From Nitrospira sp. (lineage in GTDB: Bacteria > Nitrospirota > Nitrospiria > Nitrospirales > Nitrospiraceae), in assembly GCA_047150005.1 (NCBI GenBank), contig AP038806.1, forward strand, positions 2,656,001-2,720,000: a stretch of DNA of 64,000 nucleotides, in the 5' to 3' direction. Numbering within the stretch: the first letter of the stretch is position 1; every line of letters begins with the position of its first letter. The translations under genes and the position numbers were made by a program. Shown one piece after another: positions 18,448 through 28,389 of this stretch. The notes under the pieces were generated by a model that was given only the letters and a program-made list of their open reading frames with translations, had not been told where the DNA came from and did not search any database.

Positions 18448-19635
18448 TTAAGGATTCCCGCGGCTGTAGATCCTGGACGCCGCTCCGACCGCCAGGCCGG
18501 GCGTCGTCAACCAGCCGCCTTCGATGAACAATTCTTCCAGGGCATTCAGCAGACGCAGGACATGGGCTTCGGTCGAAGACTCGCCCATGAGCCCGATGCG
18601 CCACACCTTGCCCTTGAGAGGGCCGAGCCCTCCGCCGATTTCGATGCCGTAGCGGGTCAACAGGTGTGCACGCACCTCGGCTTCGGGGATGACATCCGGC
18701 ACGGTCACGCAAGCGAGCATCGGAAGCCGCTGTCCGGCTTGAGCCAGAGGAGCCAAGCCCAACTCGAAGAGTCCGGTGGTCAACGCGTCGCTGTTCAAGT
18801 GATGCCGCGCAAAGCGCGCAGAAAGTCCTTCTTCCTCGACGAGGCGCAAGGCTTCCCGCAGCGCATACAGCATCGAGACCGGCGCGGTATGATGATAGGT
18901 TCTGGTTCCTTCGGTCCAGTACGCGGCCACGAGCTTCATGTCGAGGTACCAGCTCTGACAAGGGGTGCGGCGGCGTGTGATGGCGGTCAGGGCGCGTTCG
19001 CTCATGGTGAACGGGGCCAAGCCGGGGGGGCAACTCAAGCATTTCTGCGTGGCGCTGTAACAGATATCGATTCCGACGGCATCGACATCCACCGGAATCC
19101 CTCCCAGCGACGTCACGGCGTCCACGATCAGCAGGGCATCGTGTTGCCGAGCCAACTGCGCGATGGTCTCGAGGGGCTGTCGGACTCCGGTCGAGGTCTC
19201 CGCATGCACCAGGGCGATGGCTTTGACCGGTCCGGACCGGCGAAGCGCCTGTTCCACGGCCTGCGGATCGATCGCGTTGCCCCAGGGGGCTTCGATTCGG
19301 ATCGCCTTTCCTCCGCAACGTTCCGTGACCTCGGCCAACCTCGTGCCAAAAACCCCGTTGACGCCGACCAGGACCGTCTCGCCTGGCTCCACGGTATTGA
19401 CGATGGCGGCTTCCATGCCGGCCGATCCCGTTCCCGATATGGCGATGGTGAAGCGGTTGTCGGTGTGGAACGTGCTCCGTAGCAACGATTGAACGTCGTT
19501 CATCATGGTCAGGAAGGCCGGATCAAGGTGGCCGATCAAGGGGGTGGACATGGCGCGGAGGACACGGGGGTGGACCTGACTCGGTCCAGGGCCGAGCAGC
19601 AGCCGCCTGGGCGGTATGAATTCATGAGTAGCCAT
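18448..19635 (-). CDS. Alanine-glyoxylate / serine-pyruvate aminotransferase (class V PLP)
   Basis: LLLGPGPS, SGTGSAGMEA, HAETSTG, DAVTS, SATQKCLSCPPG, YHHT. Confidence 0.92.
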   Translation of the reverse strand: MATHEFIPPRRLLLGPGPSQVHPRVLRAMSTPLIGHLDPAFLTMMNDVQSLLRSTFHTDNRFTIAISGTGSAGMEAAIVNTVEPGETVLVGVNGVFGTRLAEVTERCGGKAIRIEAPWGNAIDPQAVEQALRRSGPVKAIALVHAETSTGVRQPLETIAQLARQHDALLIVDAVTSLGGIPVDVDAVGIDICYSATQKCLSCPPGLAPFTMSERALTAITRRRTPCQSWYLDMKLVAAYWTEGTRTYHHTAPVSMLYALREALRLVEEEGLSARFARHHLNSDALTTGLFELGLAPLAQAGQRLPMLACVTVPDVIPEAEVRAHLLTRYGIEIGGGLGPLKGKVWRIGLMGESSTEAHVLRLLNALEELFIEGGWLTTPGLAVGAASRIYSRGNP

Positions 19636-19783
19636 CCGACTCCCATATCTTGGATATGGACGATCGGCAGTATAGCGAAGTTTCGAAGTCTGAGGCCATG
19701 GGAAACATGCAGGACCGGATTGATCCTGTAACTATTACGAGGGGTTTCTAGCTGAAAAATGGCCATGTTATAGTCGAACCGCG

Positions 19784-21289
19784 ATGGACACTCAGTCGAA
19801 CATCCCTGCGTCCTCTTCGCCGCGCGACACGCGTTCTTGGTGGTGCGCCACCGATGCTCCCGCTCCCGTGGGGGAGTATTCCCATCGATTCTCTCCCGTG
19901 GTCAGTGTGCTGGCGGCCGTCTTCTTGGTATTGGCCTTGACCTCGGTCGTGTGGCTGTCCCTTTCGATTCCAAAACTCGAGCGGATGGACGCGCCGGACA
20001 CTGCGCTCGCTCGGATGGTGAGTCGAACGATGGATGCGCAGGAGGGGCTTCGCCGCGCGCCGGTCTGGCAACAGCTCGTGCTGGCTTGGATCACGGGGGA
20101 CAGCGAGTCCGAAAGGCTGCAGGCCATCGCCTGGTATCGCGAGTTGGCGCAGGTCTCGGAGGATCCGGTGGTGCCGCTTCAACTCGCCGTCCTGCAGGCT
20201 GAGTCGGCGCAAGTGTCCCAGGCGCTGCTCTCGGCACATGAATGGGACCGTCTGGACGATCCGTTTCCGCGGTTGGCCGGATTGATCCGCGCCGCCTACG
20301 CCGAGGGGACGACGCCCGATCGGGAGTCGCTTGAGCGGTTTCAGGCGGAGGCGGCCGAGTGGCTTCCGGCCGGCTGGTTCTATGATCGCCTGGCAGAACG
20401 GCTGGCGAAACATGCGGGCAATCACGCGCTGGTCGCCTCGATTCAAGCCACGAGCGGCGCCCGTGCCGACCGGATGTTCCGTCTTTCTTGGAAACTTACG
20501 CTCGTCGAGTTGGTGGCGATGCTCCTCGGCACGGCCGTACTGATCCGCCTGTGGCTGGCCCGCAAGGCGGGATCAGACCCGATTCGGCTCCATTCGATCG
20601 GCGTACCTCCACCCTGGCCGGGGGGAGTCGGAGCCGCAGTTCTTCTCCGGGGCGGGGCCCTTGGAGCGTTGCTCACGGCGGTATTTCTCTTCTACATGCC
20701 GCCTGAGAATGCCTCGCTTCGGGCGTTGGCCATCCCGATGTCGAATATTCCGCTCCTGCTTCTGGCCTATCACCATTTGTTCCGTCCGTCGGGTCTGAGC
20801 TTCGACGAGGGCTTCGGTCTCGACGTCCCGTGGAACCGGCTCGGTCGTCTGGCCGCCGCTGTGGCGGCGGTGGTGGCGGCGGGGCTCTGGGGCGAATGGG
20901 TGATGGATCGTCTGTCGGAGCACTGGCAATGGACGAGCCATTGGACCGAGTGGTTCGATGCGGATCTGGTGTGGGGATCACCGGCCCAAACGTTCGTCAG
21001 CTTGATCGAATATGTGGTGTTTGCCCCGATCTTCGAGGAACTGGCATTCCGAGGGCTGCTGTTCGCCATCCTACGCCGGAAGTTCCGCTTCCTTCCCGCT
21101 GCGCTCATCAGTGCAGGAATTTTCGGCATCGCCCATGGCTATGGGGTGCTGGGGCTCGCCAGCGTCTGCTGGAGCGGCGTGCTCTGGGCCTGGATCTATG
21201 AACGAACCGGAAGCTTGCTGCCGGGGATTCTGGCTCATGCCATCAACAATCTGCTGGTCTGTCTGGCGGTCATGGCCTTGCTGCGATAG
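19784..21289 (+). CDS. CPBP (CAAX/Abi) intramembrane protease with a large N-terminal domain
   Basis: APIFEELAFRG, FGIAH, HAINN; multiple TMs; TGTTATAGT extended -10 just upstream. Confidence 0.88.
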   Translation: MDTQSNIPASSSPRDTRSWWCATDAPAPVGEYSHRFSPVVSVLAAVFLVLALTSVVWLSLSIPKLERMDAPDTALARMVSRTMDAQEGLRRAPVWQQLVLAWITGDSESERLQAIAWYRELAQVSEDPVVPLQLAVLQAESAQVSQALLSAHEWDRLDDPFPRLAGLIRAAYAEGTTPDRESLERFQAEAAEWLPAGWFYDRLAERLAKHAGNHALVASIQATSGARADRMFRLSWKLTLVELVAMLLGTAVLIRLWLARKAGSDPIRLHSIGVPPPWPGGVGAAVLLRGGALGALLTAVFLFYMPPENASLRALAIPMSNIPLLLLAYHHLFRPSGLSFDEGFGLDVPWNRLGRLAAAVAAVVAAGLWGEWVMDRLSEHWQWTSHWTEWFDADLVWGSPAQTFVSLIEYVVFAPIFEELAFRGLLFAILRRKFRFLPAALISAGIFGIAHGYGVLGLASVCWSGVLWAWIYERTGSLLPGILAHAINNLLVCLAVMALLR

Positions 21290-21314
21290 TCGGACGGCGA
21301 AACCGTCGAGGTCG

Positions 21315-22103
21315 TTAGGTTTGTGAGAATGATACAAGAGACTCATACAAATCGGGATGACGAAGCTGTACATGCAATTCCTCGCGGAGCTTTCTTGTAT
21401 CGATCCGCTTGCCCGGCTCCTGCGTCGTGGTTTCTACCGGTGAGGAAACGCGCCAGCGCTCACGAGCAACGACACAAATTTGTTCCCATGTCCGAGGCGC
21501 GCCGTCACTGACGTTGTAGGCTTCCCCTCGTGCGCCTTTCTCTAACGCCAGCAGACAGATATCTGCCAAGTCCTCCACATGGATCAGATTCACAAATTTG
21601 CGTGAAGGACCGGCCAATCCTTTCCTGATCCAGTCGAGCGGATTGCGATCCGGTCCGTAGATACCGGCGACGCGCAGGACGATGGCCCCTTGTTCCTTAC
21701 GGAGATATTCTTCGCCTTGGACGCGCGGTCGGCTCAGATCAATTGGCGCCGTCTCATCAAGCCAGGGCGGCGGATAATGATGCAACTCGCCCGTATCGTA
21801 GGCCGATGTGCTGCCGAGTACCACAAGCCTGCGTGACGATGCCTTCACGGCTTCCGCACAGGCCTTGACGTCTTCAAGCGGCGCGGCGGGAAAACACCAT
21901 ACAAGATCCGCGCCTTGCGGAATATTCTGCCATGACTCCGGCTGTAACAGATCAAACCGAAGCCGCTGCTCGCTGCGGAGATGGGAAAGATTTCTGTCCG
22001 GCTCCCGACTCGTGGCAAAAAATTGGCGAGACGCCTTCGTCAATGCTTTGGCCAGATGGCGCCCGGTATAGCCGAAGCCCACAATGACGACCGGATGTGA
22101 CAT
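21315..22103 (-). CDS. NAD-dependent epimerase / extended SDR (YeeZ-like)
   Basis: IVGFGYTG, STSAY, LRVAGIYGPDR, NLIHVEDLA, YNVSD. Confidence 0.85.
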   Translation of the reverse strand: MSHPVVIVGFGYTGRHLAKALTKASRQFFATSREPDRNLSHLRSEQRLRFDLLQPESWQNIPQGADLVWCFPAAPLEDVKACAEAVKASSRRLVVLGSTSAYDTGELHHYPPPWLDETAPIDLSRPRVQGEEYLRKEQGAIVLRVAGIYGPDRNPLDWIRKGLAGPSRKFVNLIHVEDLADICLLALEKGARGEAYNVSDGAPRTWEQICVVARERWRVSSPVETTTQEPGKRIDTRKLREELHVQLRHPDLYESLVSFSQT

Positions 22104-22226
22104 GTATCTGTTATTTTCTTGGTGAACCAACCACTAGGTGATACGTTGTACTACGTATTCGGGAATTGTTTCCCCCGGACGTATAATTGCACAACCAGCG
22201 AGAGAATTGCCCAATATCGAAATGAG

Positions 22227-23870
22227 ATGGCCATGAATCACCCCAAGTACATCCCCCTTCTCCTGGTTCTGCTGCTCTCACTCGACGGGTGCCCGGGCAA
22301 CGAGGGCGGGGGCTCCGGCGGTGGCAGCGGGTCGTTCGCAATCAGCACGACGACGGCGCCATTTGGCGTGGTCGGGAATCCTTATTCCGCCACGCTTGCG
22401 ACGACCGGCGGGACACCGCCATTCACTTGGACCCTCTTCGGGGGACTGCTTCCGGCCGGGTTGAACCTGAGCAACCCGGCTACCGGTGCCGTCACCGGGA
22501 CTCCGACGACGCCCGGGAATTCCACGGCCACATTTACGGTGCGGGACAACAACGGGAACACCACCACCGGGCCGGTATCGTTTGCCGTGCACCCGAGAAC
22601 GGACCTGCTATCCGTCGATAATAGCGTACCTCCTGTGCCTGGGACCGGTCTCAGTAGCTCGCCGTCTATCAGTGATGATGGGCGATTCGTTGCATTTGCT
22701 TCGTTAGCAGGCAATTTCAGCTCAGGAGGCGTGGGTAGTCAGATTTATGTTCATGACTGGCAAACCAACCAGACGACGCTCATCTCAAAAAGCGGGACCG
22801 CATCTTCTCCGACCGGCGCGAACGGACCGAGCTCGGCACCGGCGATTAGCGGCAATGGTCAATTTGTCGCATTCGTTTCCGCCGCCACCGATCTCCTGCC
22901 TGCCGGAAGCCCGTCCGTCACCGGGAGCCAGATCTATCTGTTCGACCTTCAACTCGGTGTGACGAGCCTTGTATCAAAAGATAACTCCGGCAATCCTGCT
23001 AGCGGTGGAGCCACGATGGCATCTCCCGCGATCAGCGGAAATGGGCAGTTTATTGCCTTTGTCTCCGACGCGGCGAATCTGGGTGCCTCCGGCCAGCAAG
23101 TCTACCTTCATGACACACTGGTCAGCGGTTCGTTCCCTAACGGTCAAACCATCTTGGTTTCGAAGGACAATTCGAATCCTACTCCTATTGCTGGAAATGG
23201 AAACAGTGCAACGCTATCTATCAGCAGCGACGGGTGTTTCACGGCGTTCAGTTCTGCCTCGACGAACTTAGGCGCGCCTGCGAATCAGGTCCTCGGCAGA
23301 GGACCTCTCGCCATCGCCGGTTGCGCTGGAACAGAACAGACGTTTTTGGTGTCGAGAGATAGTGCGGGCAATTCGGCCAGCGCAGGATCGACGAATACGA
23401 AGCCGTCCATAAGCGGGAATGGGCAATTTGTCGCGTTCCGTTCCACTGCTACAAATTTCGGAGCGACTGGTACACAAATCTATCTTCGTGATACACAAGG
23501 CAATCAAACCATTCTGGTCTCGAAGAATGACTTGATTCCTTCGGTGGCTGGGGATAATCCAAGCGATTCGTCATCAATCAGTGACGATGGATGTTTTGTC
23601 GCCTTCGCCTCGGCAGCCGCGAATTTAGGCTCCTCCGCAAACCAGATATATGGGAGAGGTCCCCTTGCAGCCGCCGGTTGTGCCGGAACCGAGCAGACGT
23701 CATTGGTGTCGAAAAATGATACGGGAAATCCTGCGAACAGCGGAGCTGGGACCACCATCAGCCCTTCTGTCAACGGGAACGGCCAATTCATAGCGTTTAC
23801 CTCGTCAGCAACCAATTTGACTAGTCCTCCTCCCGGCAACAGCCAGATCTACATCCGCGCTCTCCCGTAG
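22227..23870 (+). CDS. Surface lipoprotein: putative Ig domain plus 7-bladed TolB-like beta-propeller
   Basis: Lipobox-like LDGC; GGTPPFTW..LPAGLNL..VTGTPT Ig repeat; seven S-I/V-x-x-x-G-x-F-x-A-F-x-S blades. Confidence 0.82.
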   Translation: MAMNHPKYIPLLLVLLLSLDGCPGNEGGGSGGGSGSFAISTTTAPFGVVGNPYSATLATTGGTPPFTWTLFGGLLPAGLNLSNPATGAVTGTPTTPGNSTATFTVRDNNGNTTTGPVSFAVHPRTDLLSVDNSVPPVPGTGLSSSPSISDDGRFVAFASLAGNFSSGGVGSQIYVHDWQTNQTTLISKSGTASSPTGANGPSSAPAISGNGQFVAFVSAATDLLPAGSPSVTGSQIYLFDLQLGVTSLVSKDNSGNPASGGATMASPAISGNGQFIAFVSDAANLGASGQQVYLHDTLVSGSFPNGQTILVSKDNSNPTPIAGNGNSATLSISSDGCFTAFSSASTNLGAPANQVLGRGPLAIAGCAGTEQTFLVSRDSAGNSASAGSTNTKPSISGNGQFVAFRSTATNFGATGTQIYLRDTQGNQTILVSKNDLIPSVAGDNPSDSSSISDDGCFVAFASAAANLGSSANQIYGRGPLAAAGCAGTEQTSLVSKNDTGNPANSGAGTTISPSVNGNGQFIAFTSSATNLTSPPPGNSQIYIRALP

Positions 23871-23912
23871 CCGCTAGAGCTCGTTCCTTCGGCGTGGTAG
23901 CATCAACACTCC

Positions 23913-26900
23913 ATGCCGCTGTCCCGCTTCCATCCCCTCATCGCCCGCTGGTTTGCCACATCGGTCGGCGTGCCGACTGACGTCCAAACGGAAGCATGGC
24001 CTGCCATCCAGTCTGGACACCACGCCTTGATCGCCGCGCCGACCGGTTCCGGCAAGACGTTCGCGGCCTTTCTTTCCTGCATTGACCGGCTCCTCACGCA
24101 GGCTATCGCCCGCGAGCTCGAAGACCGTACCGAAGTGCTCTATGTATCCCCGTTGAAGGCATTGAGCAACGACGTGCAGAAGAATCTCCAGCGTCCTTTG
24201 GCAGAAATCGGCCAAGCCGCGCTGGAGGCGGGGCTCCTGCTGCCGGACTTGCGCGTGCTGGTGCGGACCGGCGACACGCCGATGGTCGATCGGCAGCAGA
24301 TGCTCAAGCAGCCCCCGCATATCCTGGTCACGACCCCTGAGTCGCTGTTCATCCTCCTGACCGCGGAAAAGAGCCGCCGGTTGCTGCAGACCGTCCGGAC
24401 CGTCATCGTGGATGAGATCCATGCCGTGGCGTCCAACAAGCGCGGCGCCCATCTGGCGTTGTCGCTGGAGCGGCTGGAGACGTTGACGGCGCGGTCTCCT
24501 CAGCGCATCGGGTTGTCGGCGACCCAGCGGCCGATCGAAACGGTGGCGCAGTACCTGGTCGGAGATCGACCCCTGCCGACCGTGATCGACGTCGGCCACC
24601 GGCGGACAATGGACGTTGCCGTAGAAGTGCCGAAGGACGAATTGAGCGGCGTGGCGACCAACGCCCTATGGTCGGATATTTATGACCGGCTGGCGACCCA
24701 TGTGCGAGAGCACCGATCGACACTCGTCTTCGTCAACACCAGACGACTGGCGGAGCGGGTCTCGCACCATCTGGAGGAGCGGCTTCAGGATCTGGGGCCG
24801 GATGCAGTCGCGGCGCATCACGGCAGTCTATCGCGGCAGATCCGCTTGTCGGCGGAAGAGCGGCTGAAGTCCGGCAAGACCCGCGTCGTGGTGGCGACCG
24901 CTTCGCTGGAGCTGGGCATCGATGTCGGGACCGTCGATCTGGTGTGCCAAATCGGCAGCTCCCGCGCGATCGCGACGGGTCTGCAGCGTATCGGCCGCGC
25001 CGGACACTGGGTCAAAGCCGTTCCCAAGGGGCGCCTCTTTGCGACCACCCGCGACGATCTTCTGGAATGTGCCGCGGTCGTCAGAGCCATCAAGGGCGGC
25101 CTGTTGGACCGGATCGAGGTGCCGGAGGCGCCGGTCGACATTCTGGCTCAACAACTCGTCGCCGCAGCCGCAACGCAAACGTGGGCCGAAGACGAGTTGC
25201 TGGCGATGGTGCGCCGAGCCGGCCCGTATCGCGAGCTGGAGCGGCGAACGTTCGACGCGGTCGTGCGCATGCTGGCCGACGGCATTTCGACTCAACGAGG
25301 GAGGGGACAGGCATATCTCTATCATGATCGGATCAATCACCGGATCAAGGGACGGCGCGGGGCGCGCCTTGCCGCCATCACGTCCGGCGGCGCGATACCC
25401 GATACGGCCAATTATGCGGTGGTCGCCGAGCCGACCGGAACAGTCGTCGGATCCGTCGATGAGGATTTCGCGGTCGAAAGCCTGGCGGGCGACATCATGC
25501 TGCTCGGCAACACGTCCTGGCGGATCAAGGGTGTGGAGATGGGCAAGGTCCGCGTGGAGGATGCCCAGGGCGCGCCGCCGAACATTCCATTCTGGCGCGG
25601 TGAGGCGCCCTCGAGAACGGCGGAGCTGTCGGCAGAGGTGGCGAACTTGCGCCAGGACATTGCACGTAGAGCCGCTTCAACTCCTAATCGTCAGCCCTCG
25701 GCCGTCGGCTCTGAACAGTCAGCACTCAGGACTCAGCACTCGGCGCTTCAATGGCTCTGCCAGGAATGCGGACTTGATCGGCGGGGCGCGGAGCAGGCGA
25801 TCGAGTACGTCGCGGCGGGTCGGGCGAGTCTGGGCGTGGTTCCGACTCAAGATACGATCGTCGCCGAGCGCTTCTTCGACGAGAGCGGCGGTATGCAGTT
25901 GGTCCTCCATGCACCCTTCGGCGGACGGATCAATCGCGCCTGGGGACTCGCGCTCCGCAAACGCTTCTGCGTCACGTTCGACTTCGAGCTGCAGGCTGCG
26001 GCCACGGACAACGGTCTCGTGATTTCACTGGGCGAAAAACACAGTTTTCCGCTGGAGTCGGTATTCGGATTCCTCCATTCGAACACGGTCCGGGAGGTGC
26101 TCGTCCAGGCAGTCCTGGCCGCGCCCATGTTCGCGACGCGCTGGAGGTGGAACGTGTCCCGCGCTCTGACGCTGCTGCGGTTCATGAAAGGCAGGAAGGT
26201 GCCACCCCAGATTCAACGGATGAAGGCCGAGGATCTCCTGGGTGCGGTGTTTCCCGATGCCCTCGCCTGTCAGGACAACATGGTGGGTGAACGGACGAGG
26301 CAGATTCCCGATCATCCGCTGGTGCAGGAGACGTTGCGCGACTGCCTGAGCGAAGCCATGGATATCGATGGACTGATCGAAGTGTTGCGCCGCATCGAAG
26401 CAAACCGGATCGCCTGCGTGGCGGTCGAAACGCCGTCTCCCTCGCCGTTTTCCCACGAGATTCTGAATGCCAATCCCTACGCCTTCCTGGACGATGCTCC
26501 GCTGGAAGAACGGAGAGCCAGGGCCGTCGAATTGCGCCGAACCCTGCCGGTCGATCTGGCATCTGACGTTGGGGCGCTCGACCAATCAGCGATCGAGGAG
26601 GTGGCGCGGGAGGCCTGGCCGATTGTGCGAGATGCCGATGAACTGCACGACGCGCTGTTGACGCTCGTATGGGTTCCAAAGCAGGCGACGGAACAGTGGG
26701 ACGCCTTTCTCCCAACATTGGCGCAGGATGGCCGAGCCGTCGAGTTAGTGTCGGAGGCTACGGGGTCGGGCGTAACGTGCCCACAGCAAAGGGTCAGCGG
26801 GTGGGTTGCCGGAGAGAATAGGGAGAGGCTCGAGCGGCTGTTTGTCGACGGGGATGAGGCGACGCTGGATACCGTTGTTCTTGGCTGGATGGAAAGCATC

Positions 26901-28343
26901 GGTCCGACGACGACGAAGGAATTGGCTGATCGGCTGCTGCTTTCACCCAAGGACGTAGAGAGCGCCATGGTCCGGCTGGAAGGGCAAGGACAGGTCCTCC
27001 GCGGCCGCTTCCGTCTGGCGTCACAACCGCAATCGGGACAATCAGGGGCTTATCCTACTTCACTCAGCACTCAGCACTCAGCATTTTCCGAATGGTGCCA
27101 TCGCCGCCTTCTGGCCCGCATCCACCGGCTCACGGTGGGCAGGCTCCGCAAGGAGGTCCAGCCGGTCACGGCGGGGGAATTCATGCGATTTCTTCTGCAG
27201 TGGCAGCATGTCGCCGGAGGCGCTCGCCGGCATGGAGAGGCGGGGCTACTGGAGACCATCAGACTGCTGGCGGGCTTCGAGGCGGCGGCCTCGTCATGGG
27301 AAACGCATCTGTTGCGCCTGCGCATGGCCAAGTATGAGCCGGATCTGTTGGACCGACTCTGTCTGGGCGGTGCGGTGAGTTGGGGCAGACTGTCTCTCCA
27401 TCCGCGACTCGTGCCGAAGTTCGGCACGGCAACGGACCAGGAACGGGTTCGTCGGATCGTTCCGACCAAACTCGCCTCAATCAGCCTTTTTCCGCGGGAC
27501 GATGCGGATTGGCTGCTGGAGGAGCCTCATGAGGAATCGACAACCCCGGATCCCTTTGCGGGCGTGAGCGCGGTGGCCCAGGACCTGCGCAGCGTGCTGG
27601 CCGAGCGAGGCGCCTGTTTCTTTGCCGATCTCGTCCGCATGAGCCGCCATCTACCGACGGAAGTCGAGGAGGGACTCTGGGAACTCGCGGCGGCCGGAGT
27701 GGTCACCGCCGATGGATTCGACAATCTACGCGCCCTGATGGATCCGCACCGCCGCCGCGCGGAAGGGCGAGCGCGACAGCGCAGGCCTCGCCATGCGGCA
27801 GGCCGCTGGTCCCTACTCCGGCCGCCACGACAGTTCGCCATCGGCCATCAGCCGTCAGATGCCGGGCGTTCGGCCTCCACTCAGCACTCAGTACTCAGCA
27901 CTCAGCACTATCAGAATGAACGCGTTGCCCGTCAGTTGCTCCATCGGTACGGCGTGGTGTTCCGGGATCTCCTCGTACGGGAATCTCTGGTCACTGCCTG
28001 GCGGGATCTTCTCGTGACCTATCGGCGCATGGAATTGAAGGGTGAGGTCCGGGGCGGGCGTTTTGTCGAAGGCTTTACCGGCGAACAGTTCGCCTTACCG
28101 GAGGCGGTGGAAGCGCTACGAGCTGGCAGGGCGGCTGGAAGTCAGAGCGCTTCGGCGGAGATCCGTCTCTCCGCCTGCGATCCGCTCAATCTTGCCGGCA
28201 TCATTCTGCCGGGACCACGAGTGCCGGCCGTTCCCACGAATTTTCTCATCATCAGAGAAGGGACGGTCGTCCGCACGATCCTCGGCCGCGAGCGGATCGA
28301 CGAATCGGGCCCCGACCTCAGAGAAGCAGGTCATAGGGCGTGA
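23913..28343 (+). CDS. lhr: Long Lhr-family ATP-dependent DEAD/DEAH helicase
   Basis: APTGSGKT, SPLKAL, TTPES, DEIH, LSAT, HHGSLS, LELGIDVG, QRIGRAGH, ERFFDESGGMQL; C-terminal RGGRFVEGFTGEQFA. Confidence 0.93.
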   Translation: MPLSRFHPLIARWFATSVGVPTDVQTEAWPAIQSGHHALIAAPTGSGKTFAAFLSCIDRLLTQAIARELEDRTEVLYVSPLKALSNDVQKNLQRPLAEIGQAALEAGLLLPDLRVLVRTGDTPMVDRQQMLKQPPHILVTTPESLFILLTAEKSRRLLQTVRTVIVDEIHAVASNKRGAHLALSLERLETLTARSPQRIGLSATQRPIETVAQYLVGDRPLPTVIDVGHRRTMDVAVEVPKDELSGVATNALWSDIYDRLATHVREHRSTLVFVNTRRLAERVSHHLEERLQDLGPDAVAAHHGSLSRQIRLSAEERLKSGKTRVVVATASLELGIDVGTVDLVCQIGSSRAIATGLQRIGRAGHWVKAVPKGRLFATTRDDLLECAAVVRAIKGGLLDRIEVPEAPVDILAQQLVAAAATQTWAEDELLAMVRRAGPYRELERRTFDAVVRMLADGISTQRGRGQAYLYHDRINHRIKGRRGARLAAITSGGAIPDTANYAVVAEPTGTVVGSVDEDFAVESLAGDIMLLGNTSWRIKGVEMGKVRVEDAQGAPPNIPFWRGEAPSRTAELSAEVANLRQDIARRAASTPNRQPSAVGSEQSALRTQHSALQWLCQECGLDRRGAEQAIEYVAAGRASLGVVPTQDTIVAERFFDESGGMQLVLHAPFGGRINRAWGLALRKRFCVTFDFELQAAATDNGLVISLGEKHSFPLESVFGFLHSNTVREVLVQAVLAAPMFATRWRWNVSRALTLLRFMKGRKVPPQIQRMKAEDLLGAVFPDALACQDNMVGERTRQIPDHPLVQETLRDCLSEAMDIDGLIEVLRRIEANRIACVAVETPSPSPFSHEILNANPYAFLDDAPLEERRARAVELRRTLPVDLASDVGALDQSAIEEVAREAWPIVRDADELHDALLTLVWVPKQATEQWDAFLPTLAQDGRAVELVSEATGSGVTCPQQRVSGWVAGENRERLERLFVDGDEATLDTVVLGWMESIGPTTTKELADRLLLSPKDVESAMVRLEGQGQVLRGRFRLASQPQSGQSGAYPTSLSTQHSAFSEWCHRRLLARIHRLTVGRLRKEVQPVTAGEFMRFLLQWQHVAGGARRHGEAGLLETIRLLAGFEAAASSWETHLLRLRMAKYEPDLLDRLCLGGAVSWGRLSLHPRLVPKFGTATDQERVRRIVPTKLASISLFPRDDADWLLEEPHEESTTPDPFAGVSAVAQDLRSVLAERGACFFADLVRMSRHLPTEVEEGLWELAAAGVVTADGFDNLRALMDPHRRRAEGRARQRRPRHAAGRWSLLRPPRQFAIGHQPSDAGRSASTQHSVLSTQHYQNERVARQLLHRYGVVFRDLLVRESLVTAWRDLLVTYRRMELKGEVRGGRFVEGFTGEQFALPEAVEALRAGRAAGSQSASAEIRLSACDPLNLAGIILPGPRVPAVPTNFLIIREGTVVRTILGRERIDESGPDLREAGHRA
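25689..25746 (+). repeat. Composite heptamer repeat in lhr (site 1)
   Basis: CGTCAGC CCTCGGC CGTCGGC ... TCAGCAC TCAGGAC TCAGCAC TCGGCGC. Confidence 0.85.
27061..27084 (+). repeat. Heptamer repeat in lhr (site 2)
   Basis: CAC TCAGCAC TCAGCAC TCAGCAT. Confidence 0.85.
27838..27908 (+). repeat. Composite heptamer repeat in lhr (site 3)
   Basis: CCATCGG CCATCAG CCGTCAG ... TCAGCAC TCAGTAC TCAGCAC TCAGCAC. Confidence 0.9.
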
Positions 28344-28389
28344 ATCGGGTGAAAAAATGGCCTCTGCAAGATAAATCCGCGAAGGCCTT

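Noticed and set aside
25689..27908. CRISPR array or intein in lhr
   Set aside because: Units are 7 bp with no unique spacers; inserts are short and lack intein splice-junction residues
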